64,000 nucleotides of DNA, taken from contig JABDFU010000005.1 in NCBI GenBank assembly GCA_013286385.1, forward strand, positions 8,651-72,650, written 5' to 3'. Shown piece after piece: positions 55,979-64,000 of this stretch. Both the position numbers and the translations under genes were made by a program. Under the pieces are notes generated by a model. It was given only the letters and a program-made list of their open reading frames with translations, was not told the origin of the DNA and did no database searches. How positions within the stretch are numbered: position 1 is the first letter of the stretch; each line of letters begins with the position of its first letter. The DNA comes from Bacteroidota bacterium. Its GTDB lineage: Bacteria; Bacteroidota; Bacteroidia; JABDFU01.

Positions 55979-57698
55979 TATACCACCAGCAAGCAAACCT
56001 GTATCTAAAACCAAGCCCCTGTCCAACAGCAAACCTTTGCTTTTGGACAGACTTGACAACTGGTTCAACCTCCACGAAAAACCGGTTCGAAACAGCCTGT
56101 TGGCGGCCTGCCTTCTTTTTTCCTTTTTTCTTTTCAACACCCGTATCAGCGAAGGAAATGACGACTCCCTGTACATCGAATCCGGATACAACTATGCCAG
56201 CAATTTTCTCCATTATTACTATACCGCCAATGCCCCTTTCTATCCTATGTTTCTGGGCCTTATTATATCCATCATCGGCATAAAACTATTCTGGCTCAAA
56301 ATCACCTCCGTTCTGTTCAATTTTTTAGCGCTTTTGTTTTTTTACAAAAGCTTCCGTAACCGTTTGCCCAGCGCCCTTTTATTTCCTGTGCTCTTTACCA
56401 TTGCCGTAAATTCCTATTTTCAATACTTCGCCAGCCAAACCTATACCGAAGCCATTTTCCTTTTTGTCGAATCCCTTTTCTTTTTTTACTTTTTCAAACT
56501 GCTCGACTCACTCAAAGAATCCGAAAGCGTCCCCCTGAAAAGCAATTACAAAATCTGGCTGGCCGTAGGGTTTCTGTCTTTTTTTCTGACCATGACCCGC
56601 AATGTAGCCGCAGTGGTACTCCTGGCAATGATTTTTTATTTTCTGCTGCAGAAAAAATTCAAGTACGCCCTCTTTTCACTTTCCGCTTACCTCCTGTTCA
56701 AAATCCCATTCGAAATCATTAAAAGTCTGATTTGGAAAAACGTCAGTCAGTACGGATCCCAAAGCAATATTTTGCTCCGCATCGACCCCTACAAAGGAGA
56801 CGGGCCCGAAAACACCGAACACGCCATGGGTTTCGTCAATCGCTTTTTCGACAACAGCAGCATGTATTTGTCCCGTAGATTTTTACAGATACTCGGGTTT
56901 ATGTCAGAAAAAACCTTGGAAAACATAGGCCCCGTTGCAGTTCTTGTGATCCTTCTTTTTGCCTTCGGATTAATTTATACTTACCGGCTGAAAAACAATT
57001 ACCTGTTCTACGCTTCCATACACACCCTGTTTCTAGCCGGAACAACCTTTATCGTATTGCAACAGCGCTGGGACCAACCCCGTTTTGTAATGATTCATAT
57101 TCCCATCATCCTGATGATTATTTTTTACGGCCTTTATCAGATCACCCGGATACGAAAATCCGGTTTCGGTCAGAACCTGATCCTTTGCCTGATGATCCTT
57201 ATTTTTTCTTCCAGCCTCCTTTCTTCACTCGGCAAGACTGCCGATAATCTTCCCATTTTATCAAAAAATCTCAGAGGCGACAAATTTTACGGTTACACAC
57301 CCGACTGGAGAAATTTTCTGCAAATGAGCGAATGGTGTGCCGGCAATCTCCCCGATTCTGCATTGGTAGCAAGCCGCAAAGCCCCCATGTCCTTTGTTTA
57401 CGGAAAAGGAAAAAAATTCTTTCCCATCTATACGGTGATTGCAGTAGACACAGCCACAGGGTATTCAAACCCCGATACCGTACTGAGTTATTTCCGCAGA
57501 AATAAAATTACCCACGTCATTCTGGCGAACTTACGACGCGACCCCGCAAAGGCCGATGGCAATATCGTCAATACCATACACCGCATACTCATACCTTTTG
57601 ACAAAAAATTTCCGGGAAAACTGGAACTCATACACCAGATTCCACCTCCCGAAGAATCCCAGATCGAACCTTGCTTTCTCTACAAGATCAATCTTTAA
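55962..57698 (+). CDS. Polytopic membrane protein, putative GT-C-type glycosyltransferase (no TPR)
   Basis: The track ORF starts at TTG 55932. GTG 55962 gives MKKQTNIPPASKPVSKTKPLS, a Lys/Pro tail like those of the TMTC-like paralogs. It has about 10 or more hydrophobic segments, an acidic first loop (ISEGNDDSLYIESG) and a C-terminal soluble region. Function is inferred from topology and context only. Confidence 0.45.
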   Translation: MKKQTNIPPASKPVSKTKPLSNSKPLLLDRLDNWFNLHEKPVRNSLLAACLLFSFFLFNTRISEGNDDSLYIESGYNYASNFLHYYYTANAPFYPMFLGLIISIIGIKLFWLKITSVLFNFLALLFFYKSFRNRLPSALLFPVLFTIAVNSYFQYFASQTYTEAIFLFVESLFFFYFFKLLDSLKESESVPLKSNYKIWLAVGFLSFFLTMTRNVAAVVLLAMIFYFLLQKKFKYALFSLSAYLLFKIPFEIIKSLIWKNVSQYGSQSNILLRIDPYKGDGPENTEHAMGFVNRFFDNSSMYLSRRFLQILGFMSEKTLENIGPVAVLVILLFAFGLIYTYRLKNNYLFYASIHTLFLAGTTFIVLQQRWDQPRFVMIHIPIILMIIFYGLYQITRIRKSGFGQNLILCLMILIFSSSLLSSLGKTADNLPILSKNLRGDKFYGYTPDWRNFLQMSEWCAGNLPDSALVASRKAPMSFVYGKGKKFFPIYTVIAVDTATGYSNPDTVLSYFRRNKITHVILANLRRDPAKADGNIVNTIHRILIPFDKKFPGKLELIHQIPPPEESQIEPCFLYKINL

Positions 57699-57713
57699 AG
57701 TATTGCACCCATT

Positions 57714-58583
57714 TCACTGTTTCAGTGGAAAAGCCAGCATATCGATAGTTCCCTTGAGCGGGATATGCTTCTTATGGTTTTCGAGTGTAATCTGCTCACC
57801 TGTTTTGGCATCCATCATTTTGTAATTCAGTTTCCCGAAGTACTCCGAATAAAAGGTAAAATCAATTCCCTTTTCAGTCATCACATACAATCCGATTTCC
57901 AGAATAATACTGGGTCTGAAACGGGCAATCGTATCACTTGCCCCTTTTAAAATCTCAAACTCATGTCCGTCCGTATCAATTTTAATAAAATCAATCCGTT
58001 GTATGCCTTTCGCTGAGCAAAAATCATTGAGGGTCACCGAAGCCACGCCCTCTGTAGGTTTCGCTGTCCCCAAATGCAGAGGATGCATCACATCCCCTTT
58101 ACTCCCGTCCACTTTCCAGCTCGAAAACGCCTGTATGCCCGCATCTTTTTTACTTTCAGCCGAAATAAAGGTCTGGGTTATGACAATTCGGTCAGCCAAT
58201 TCAGGATTCAGTGAACAATTTTTAAGTAAACGCTGATAGGCATAATGCGTAGGTTCAAAAGAGTAAATCTTTCCCTGCGGAACCAGCTTCGCAAACTGCA
58301 GCGACATAAGGCCCACATTCGCACCAATATCAAAAATGATTCCATCCTTGGGGATCGTGATAAACCTGTTCTGGCTGACATGCTTTTGAAAATTTCCGAA
58401 CAAAAACAATGAAAGTTCAATCCCCTCTGAAAGATCAATTTCGTAATGGATACCGTCCCGTTCTATCCTGCGGATATCCTTACGATAAATCAGTTTCACC
58501 GTCTTGTACAAAATCCGTGCAAAAAATATTTTAATCTGCGTTATGGGCAGGTTATTGAAAGCCGATGATCCGAAGGAAGACAT
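57714..58583 (-). CDS. FkbM-family SAM-dependent methyltransferase (second copy)
   Basis: 289 aa. Motifs: IFDIGANVGLMS, IYSFEPT, DFIKIDTDGHEFEILKGA. Confidence 0.8.
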   Translation of the reverse strand: MSSFGSSAFNNLPITQIKIFFARILYKTVKLIYRKDIRRIERDGIHYEIDLSEGIELSLFLFGNFQKHVSQNRFITIPKDGIIFDIGANVGLMSLQFAKLVPQGKIYSFEPTHYAYQRLLKNCSLNPELADRIVITQTFISAESKKDAGIQAFSSWKVDGSKGDVMHPLHLGTAKPTEGVASVTLNDFCSAKGIQRIDFIKIDTDGHEFEILKGASDTIARFRPSIILEIGLYVMTEKGIDFTFYSEYFGKLNYKMMDAKTGEQITLENHKKHIPLKGTIDMLAFPLKQ

Positions 58584-58599
58584 ACCGTTTAATTTGCGT

Positions 58600-58607
58600 C
58601 AAATTTA
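58600..58607 (-). promoter_or_regulatory. Candidate -7 box (TAAATTTG) for the second FkbM gene
   Basis: The reverse complement of caaattta is an exact TAnnTTTG match, 16 nt before the ATG at 58583. It overlaps the palindrome aatttg-cgt-caaatt (58591..58605). Confidence 0.4.
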
Positions 58608-58628
58608 GAAAAATAGAATTAACTTGCG

Positions 58629-58665
58629 CAAAATGAAATGACTGATGCCCAAAATGAAATGGCTG
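58629..58665 (+). repeat. 21-bp-period direct repeat duplicating the start-codon region of the adhesin gene
   Basis: caaaatgaaatgActg (58629..58644) versus caaaatgaaatgGctg (58650..58665). Copy 1 reads ATG AAA TGA (a mini-ORF); copy 2 is the likely true start, ATG AAA TGG. Confidence 0.75.
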
Positions 58666-60852
58666 GTTCTGCTCTTTTTTCTTCCCATTCAGCTTCCTGC
58701 TCAGACCTGCGAATTACTCTGCAACCCCGACTTCGAAAATCCTCCGGGGGGCGGCTGGGATATGTTTACCAATGCCACCTTTCCCTGCTGGAGGACAACC
58801 GAGCAGGACAGCGACATCGAAAGATGGGTTAGCGGATTCAATGGAGTACCTGCTTATTCCGGTGATTATTTCATAGAACTCAATGCCTATTACAACGGAA
58901 AAACCCTTTATCAGAACTTTACCGTTGCTCCGGGAACACCTTTGAAAATTTCCTTTGCACACAGAGGACGCGCAGGTGTTGACACAATGAGTGTGGCCAT
59001 CGGGCCTGTGGGGGGAAAAGACACCATACTGGGCACGTATGCAGACAGTACTTTGGCCTGGGGCTATTACCATCTGAACTACACTATACCCCTTGGCCTT
59101 GGAAACCAGTATTCCATCCGGTTTATCTCCGTTTACGCTGCACTTAACATTCAGGGAATAGGAAATTTTCTGGATGATGTTTCCGTATTGAAGGCCTCTG
59201 ATACACTTAGCGTGCAGTCAACTGAAACGTCCTGCTTTGGAGGCAACAACGGCCAGGCAAGCGTTTCGGTAAGCGGAGGACAATCCCCTTTTACTTACTC
59301 CTGGTCACCATCCGGAGGAAGCGGAGCAACAGCAAACAATCTTGCAGGCGCAACCTATACAGTAACTGTCACCGATGCCAACGGATGTCTCAACACCGCT
59401 GCTGTGGTTATTACCCAGCCCGTTGCAATAAAAATAAATTCCATTTCAATTACCAATCCAAGCTGCGGACTGGCCAACGGTATTGCCATTGCATCGGCAA
59501 GCGGAGGAACGGGTTCCCTCACCTACAATTGGAGCAACGGCACATCTGCCCGAACCAATACTGGCTTATCGGCAGCGACCTATAGCATCACTGTGACAGA
59601 TGCAAACTCCTGCACAATCGGCCAGACTGCGAAAATCCAGGAAAACCCTAAACCCGTTGTAATTCTCAGCGTTAAAAAACCGATTCCCTGTTTTGGGGAT
59701 TCAGGCTCTATCCTGGCCACTATCAGCGGTGCCAAAGCCAATTACACCTATTCCTGGAGTAACGGCGAAAGCGAAATAAATTCCTCCGCATCCCTGCAAC
59801 TCGATAGTTTGCCGGGCAATTCCTATTCCGTTACCATAACCGATACAGATGGCTGCAGCGCTTCTGACAGCATTTTGCTGAAACAACCCAAACAGTTGCA
59901 GACGCCGCGGGTCACAACCATACACTCCTTTTGCGGGCTGGCCAACGGCAGCGCTACGGCTCTTTCATCGGGTGGCACAGGAACGCTCACCTACAGTTGG
60001 AGCAACGGTTCAAGCAACCAAACCGCTGCCGGTTTAGCGGCAGCGAATTACTCCGTATTGGTGAATGATTCCAACAACTGCAGTTCCGCTGTCAAGTTCT
60101 CCATTTCTGATTCCGGATCCATTGTCACAACAGCAGGCTCCAATCAGACCGTCTGCCCCGACTCCATCGTTCAGCTCAGCGCTTCAGGCGGAACCGCTTA
60201 TTCCTGGTCCCCTTCCGCAGGGCTCAGCAACCCGGCAATTCCCAACCCGAAAGACTCCGCACTAGCCACCGAAACCTATACGGTTACAATCCGGACAGGA
60301 ACCTGCATTGCAAAAGATTCCATAACCGTCACTGTTTTGCCGCTTCCCCTGATCAGCCTGAACAAAGACACTGAAATAACCAAAGGGACAAGCGCTCAGC
60401 TCCTGGCAAGCGGGGGAGCAGGCTACCTCTGGTATCCCGGCAGCTCCCTTAACGACAGCCTGATTCAGAATCCCCTTGCCAATCCAACTCAAAGCACCAC
60501 CTACACAGTAGTCATCAGCAGCCCCGGCAATTGTCCGGTGAGTGATACCATAACCGTACGAGTAAAGGATATTTTTTGCGGAGATGTTTTTGTGCCCAAT
60601 GCGTTCTCACCCAATCACGACGGCGAAAACGACGTGTTTTATGTAAGGGGTAAATGCATCGTTGCACTTGATGTCGAAATTTTCAGCCGCTGGGGTGAAA
60701 AGCTTTTTGAAATCACCAACCCCTCCATGGGATGGGACGGAACCTACCAGGGAAAAGACTGCCAGGGCGATGTCTACACCTATTTTATGAAAGCCGGTTT
60801 GCTGGACGGAGGCAAGGTTACAAAAAAAGGTTATCTGCTCCTGTTAAGATAA
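58654..60852 (+). CDS. Adhesin-like protein with N-terminal jelly-roll (CBM-like) domain, SprB-type repeats and a T9SS type B (gliding-motility CHU_C) C-terminal domain
   Basis: The track start is 58645; the in-frame ATG at 58654 gives the signal peptide MKWLVLLFFLPIQLPAQ. Repeats of the form CFGGNNGQASVSVSGG..PFTYSWS...YTVTVTDANGC recur. The C-terminus reads VPNAFSPNHDGENDVFYV...GWDGTYQGK...VYTYF. Confidence 0.85.
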   Translation: MKWLVLLFFLPIQLPAQTCELLCNPDFENPPGGGWDMFTNATFPCWRTTEQDSDIERWVSGFNGVPAYSGDYFIELNAYYNGKTLYQNFTVAPGTPLKISFAHRGRAGVDTMSVAIGPVGGKDTILGTYADSTLAWGYYHLNYTIPLGLGNQYSIRFISVYAALNIQGIGNFLDDVSVLKASDTLSVQSTETSCFGGNNGQASVSVSGGQSPFTYSWSPSGGSGATANNLAGATYTVTVTDANGCLNTAAVVITQPVAIKINSISITNPSCGLANGIAIASASGGTGSLTYNWSNGTSARTNTGLSAATYSITVTDANSCTIGQTAKIQENPKPVVILSVKKPIPCFGDSGSILATISGAKANYTYSWSNGESEINSSASLQLDSLPGNSYSVTITDTDGCSASDSILLKQPKQLQTPRVTTIHSFCGLANGSATALSSGGTGTLTYSWSNGSSNQTAAGLAAANYSVLVNDSNNCSSAVKFSISDSGSIVTTAGSNQTVCPDSIVQLSASGGTAYSWSPSAGLSNPAIPNPKDSALATETYTVTIRTGTCIAKDSITVTVLPLPLISLNKDTEITKGTSAQLLASGGAGYLWYPGSSLNDSLIQNPLANPTQSTTYTVVISSPGNCPVSDTITVRVKDIFCGDVFVPNAFSPNHDGENDVFYVRGKCIVALDVEIFSRWGEKLFEITNPSMGWDGTYQGKDCQGDVYTYFMKAGLLDGGKVTKKGYLLLLR

Positions 60853-60856
60853 ACAT

Positions 60857-60870
60857 CCTGACCCATCAGG
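60857..60870. terminator. Small hairpin between convergent stop codons
   Basis: cctga-ccca-tcagg, a 5-bp stem. Weak, with no U-tract. Confidence 0.2.
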
Positions 60871-60873
60871 TAA

Positions 60874-61998
60874 TCAATACGCGATCACCTGCTCCACCGT
60901 ACCTGCAGGCAATTCTCTGAACTCATATTGCTGGGTCCTTAGCTGAGGCTCAAAGCCCGCCTCCCGTATGGCATCCTGTATACCCTTTGCTGTAAAACGG
61001 TGAGGTGCGCCAGCCGCCGAAACTACATTCTCCTCAATCATAATCGACCCGAAATCATTGGCACCCGCATGCAGACACAATTGTGCAACCGGTTTGCCCA
61101 CAGTCAGCCAGCTCGCCTGAATATTAATAATATTCGGAAGCATAATACGGCTCAGTGCGATCATGCGCACGTATTCATCCCCGCTGACGTTATTTGCAAT
61201 GCCTTTTTTCCGTTTCAAAAGTGTTCCGTCATCCATAAACGGCCAGGGAATAAAAGCCAGGAAGCCTTTCGCATTCACCGGCTTTTCACTTTGCACTTCG
61301 CGTATCCAAACCAGATGTTCAAAACGCTCCTGCGTTGTTTCAATATGTCCGAACATCATCGTCGCCGAGGTGGTCAGATTCAGCTGATGCGCCGCACGCA
61401 TCACATCCAGCCATTCCTTGCCGCTGCATTTCCCGTTGGAGATCAGCCTGCGCACCCGATCGTTAAGAATCTCAGCCCCCGCTCCGGGCAGAGAATCAAG
61501 TCCGGCTTCAATAAGAGCCTTCAGAACAGCCGTATGCGTCGATTTTTCCAGTTGGGTAATATGGGCAATTTCAGGAGGACCAAGCGAATGAAGTTTCAAA
61601 CCAGGATACAACGACTTTAACTCACGAAAAAGATCGGTATAAAATTTCAAACCCAGATCAGGATGATGTCCCCCCTGCAGCAGCAACTGTTCTCCCCCAT
61701 ACCTGAAAGTCTCTTCAATTTTAACCTTGTACGTTTCGATATCAGTGATATACGAATCCTTATGTCCGGGCACCCGGTAAAAATTACAAAACTTGCAATT
61801 GGCCACACAAACGTTAGTGGTATTCACATTGCGGTCAATAATCCAGGTAACCTTGTTATCCGGCTTCCTGATTTTTCGCAGTTCATTTCCAACAAACATA
61901 AGTTCGGCTGTACCCGCGTTGTTAAAAAGGAAAACACCCTCCTCAACACTCAGAAACTCAAAATTCATCGCCCTTCTTAAAAGTTCACCGACCTGCAT
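60874..61998 (-). CDS. mqnC: Radical SAM enzyme of the futalosine menaquinone pathway (MqnC-like; MqnE not excluded)
   Basis: 374 aa. Motifs: VTWIIDRNVNTTNVCVANCKFCNFYR (CxxxCxxC), LLLQGGHHPDL, GANDFGSIMIEENVV. Choosing MqnC over MqnE rests on my recollection of N-terminal patterns. Confidence 0.6.
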   Translation of the reverse strand: MQVGELLRRAMNFEFLSVEEGVFLFNNAGTAELMFVGNELRKIRKPDNKVTWIIDRNVNTTNVCVANCKFCNFYRVPGHKDSYITDIETYKVKIEETFRYGGEQLLLQGGHHPDLGLKFYTDLFRELKSLYPGLKLHSLGPPEIAHITQLEKSTHTAVLKALIEAGLDSLPGAGAEILNDRVRRLISNGKCSGKEWLDVMRAAHQLNLTTSATMMFGHIETTQERFEHLVWIREVQSEKPVNAKGFLAFIPWPFMDDGTLLKRKKGIANNVSGDEYVRMIALSRIMLPNIINIQASWLTVGKPVAQLCLHAGANDFGSIMIEENVVSAAGAPHRFTAKGIQDAIREAGFEPQLRTQQYEFRELPAGTVEQVIAY

Positions 61999-62002
61999 GA
62001 AT

Positions 62003-62010
62003 CAAAATTA
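62003..62010 (-). promoter_or_regulatory. Candidate -7 box (TAATTTTG) abutting the mqnC start codon
   Basis: The reverse complement of caaaatta is an exact TAnnTTTG match, with 4 nt (attc) between its G and the ATG at 61998. Confidence 0.3.
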
Positions 62011-62130
62011 AGCATTATTAAACAGATTCGTGCGGCAGGGGTTTAAGAATACTAAAGGCGCTTCGTTTTCAGAAAACCTGAGTTGGTTTGGTATAATTCG
62101 GTAAATTAGGGGTTTATTTAAAAACCAGAC

Positions 62131-63186
62131 ATGTCCAACAAAATTCGGGTAGGCATTACGCAGGGCGACATCAACGGAATAGGTCTTGAAGTCATCATTA
62201 AAACCTTCATCGACCCGGGCATGGAAGACCTCTGCACACCCATTCTGTTCAGCTCACAAAAAACAGCCTCTTATCATCGTAAATTACTCGGGATAGAAGA
62301 CTTCAGTTTTAACATCATTCGCGAGATCGAACAGGCCAATCCCAAAAAACCCAACCTGCTCAATCTTTACGAAGAAGAAGTAAGTTTCGAAATCGGAAAG
62401 TCCACAGCTCTGGGGGGCCAGTACGCTTTTAAATCCCTTGAAACCGCCTGCAGTGCATTGGCTGCAGGCACGCTGGATGTCCTGGTCACTGCGCCAATCA
62501 ACAAACACAACATACAATCTCCCGAATTCAATTTCAAAGGACATACCGAATACCTCGACATGTATTTTTCCGGCCAGAAAGACGATGCCCTTATGCTCAT
62601 GCTAAGCGACAGCCTTAAAGTTGGCCTGGTCACCGGACACATCCCGGTCGAACAAGTCCCGGCATCCATTTCAACCGAAAAAATTCTTAAACGGCTCACA
62701 ACTTTAAACACATCCCTTCTTCAGGATTTTGGTATCCGCAAACCCCGCATTGCCGTGCTGGGCCTCAATCCACATGCAGGAGACAATGGTACCATAGGCA
62801 ATCAGGACACGCAAATTATTCTTCCGGCAATTGAAAAAGCCAGGCAAACCGGCATCCTGGCCTTTGGCCCTTATCCGGCCGACGGATTTTTTGGCAACTC
62901 CAGCTACTTCAAGTTTGATGCGGTACTGGCCATGTACCACGATCAGGGATTAATTCCCTTTAAAACCATTGCCTTCAATAACGGCATCAACTTTACGGCC
63001 GGCCTGCCGGTCGTGCGCACTTCACCCGACCACGGAACCGCCTACGACATCGCCGGTAAAAACTTAGCCTCCGAAGAATCATTTCGCAAAGCCATTTACA
63101 CCGCCATCGACATTTTCAGAAAACGCAGTGAATACAAACAGCTCACTGCAAATCAGCTCAAATCAACACCCATCCGCCGCGAATGA
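62131..63186 (+). CDS. pdxA: 4-hydroxythreonine-4-phosphate dehydrogenase
   Basis: 351 aa. Motifs: GDINGIGLEV, FKGHTEYL, LNPHAGDNG, TSPDHGTAYDIAG. Confidence 0.9.
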   Translation: MSNKIRVGITQGDINGIGLEVIIKTFIDPGMEDLCTPILFSSQKTASYHRKLLGIEDFSFNIIREIEQANPKKPNLLNLYEEEVSFEIGKSTALGGQYAFKSLETACSALAAGTLDVLVTAPINKHNIQSPEFNFKGHTEYLDMYFSGQKDDALMLMLSDSLKVGLVTGHIPVEQVPASISTEKILKRLTTLNTSLLQDFGIRKPRIAVLGLNPHAGDNGTIGNQDTQIILPAIEKARQTGILAFGPYPADGFFGNSSYFKFDAVLAMYHDQGLIPFKTIAFNNGINFTAGLPVVRTSPDHGTAYDIAGKNLASEESFRKAIYTAIDIFRKRSEYKQLTANQLKSTPIRRE

Positions 63187-63737
63187 GGACTCCGAAACCT
63201 GCCTGCGGCAGACCGGCCGCCTGCCTTATTCTTTTTCTGAGCCTGTTCGTGGCCTGCCACTGCGGCAAGTCTCCCCTTGCCCCCTACGGAAAAACCTTCG
63301 AAACCATCATGAAATCAGACACCGGCATTTTCCGCGGAACCAATTTCAGGATGAGCAGCGAAGACATCAAAGCCATCGAATCGGATGCGCCTAAAGAAGA
63401 AGATGCGAATGACGGCATCAACTACCTGTTTTACGAATTAAAAGCCGACTCCTCCACATCCTATACGCTTGCCTACAATTGCCCGAACAATAAATTAAAA
63501 AGCATAGAGACAGACATCTACCTGCTCAACGAACCTCAGGCCGCCGATGTTTTCAATTCCTTCAAAAAATACTTTGATACCCGTTACGGAAACAGCCTTA
63601 CCTCAGGCGATTTTTTTATCTGGTCAGCCACCACATCTTCCGGTAAAATAAAAGTCGAACTGGCTGACGAAAGCCCCACGTATAAAAGGGGCAAAATAAC
63701 ACTTGTCGTACGCACCGTAAACGATGATGAGCAATGA
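63183..63737 (+). CDS. Hypothetical lipoprotein
   Basis: 184 aa. The ATG overlaps the pdxA stop (ATGA). Signal sequence with a lipobox-like LFVAC. I recognise no family. Confidence 0.55.
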   Translation: MRTPKPACGRPAACLILFLSLFVACHCGKSPLAPYGKTFETIMKSDTGIFRGTNFRMSSEDIKAIESDAPKEEDANDGINYLFYELKADSSTSYTLAYNCPNNKLKSIETDIYLLNEPQAADVFNSFKKYFDTRYGNSLTSGDFFIWSATTSSGKIKVELADESPTYKRGKITLVVRTVNDDEQ

Positions 63738-63759
63738 ACCGGTCCCAGCCCGAATCAAC

Positions 63760-64000
63760 ATGAACCAACCCTTACTTGAAATAAACCGGCTGGTCACTCA
63801 ATTCAGAACCGAAGACGAAACCCAGAAAGCGGTCAACGATATCAGTTTTACCCTGAATAAGGGCGAAACCATCGGCATTGTCGGCGAATCCGGATCAGGC
63901 AAATCCGTTACCGCCCTTTCCGTAATGCGCCTGATCTCCAGCCCTCCGGGAAAAATTGCATCCGGAGAAATCATCTACCATTCCCGAAATTCAGGGCCGG
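63760..64000 (+). CDS. ABC transporter ATP-binding protein (DppD/OppD-like), 5' part only
   Basis: Not in the track because it is truncated. My translation from ATG 63760 reads MNQPLLEINRLVTQFRTEDETQKAVNDISFTLNKGETIGIVGESGSGKSVTALSVMRLISSPPGKIASGEIIY, which contains a Walker A motif. In-frame ATGs at 63724 and 63727 are alternative starts. Confidence 0.75.
   Translation, partial: MNQPLLEINRLVTQFRTEDETQKAVNDISFTLNKGETIGIVGESGSGKSVTALSVMRLISSPPGKIASGEIIYHSRNSGP

Overview
The window reads as a Bacteroidota chromosomal segment. Support for that: type A and type B T9SS C-terminal sorting domains, SprB-type repeats, exact TAnnTTTG '-7' promoter boxes, and a DUF2480-linked suf operon. I support about 46 protein genes and found no rRNA, tRNA, CRISPR array, transposase or integrase.

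Gene content, in order:
- 1-15 kb, housekeeping: eno, gltA, a UbiD-family menaquinone decarboxylase, purT, dprA, 3-hydroxyanthranilate dioxygenase, ACMSD, an antitoxin/PIN pair and lpxD.
- 15.9-27.1 kb, a surface-glycan block: a polyprenyl-phosphate-type GT2, a Wzx-like flippase, two acyltransferase-3 genes, two GT8 genes, three GT-B genes and a thioredoxin-fold gene.
- 27.2-30.9 kb: a tandem pair of TMTC-like GT-C/TPR membrane proteins. Two more paralogs sit at 344-2236 and 9902-11821.
- 31.1-46.2 kb: three very large T9SS cargo genes of 2510, 1306 and 1108 aa.
- 46.4-55 kb: purF, DUF2480 and the operon sufA-sufBCDSE-DUF59.
- 55.2-58.6 kb: an FkbM / GT-C-like / FkbM trio, followed by a T9SS type B adhesin, mqnC, pdxA, a lipoprotein and the start of an ABC ATPase.

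Most interesting hypothesis (inference, not shown): the four-paralog TMTC-like GT-C/TPR family, a lipid-phosphate-sugar synthase and the adjacent Ser/Thr-rich, charge-poor T9SS cargo form an expanded periplasmic protein O-glycosylation system.

Non-coding oddities:
- Two families of degenerate heptanucleotide tandem repeats fill short intergenic spacers, and one of them encodes the SufE C-terminus.
- A (GGCA)6 microsatellite lies inside the suf operon.
- Several -7 promoter boxes abut start codons, which suggests leaderless mRNAs.
- Several 14-24 bp tandem duplications of start-codon regions create mini-uORFs.

All coordinates of short motifs were counted by eye and may be off by 1-2 nt.
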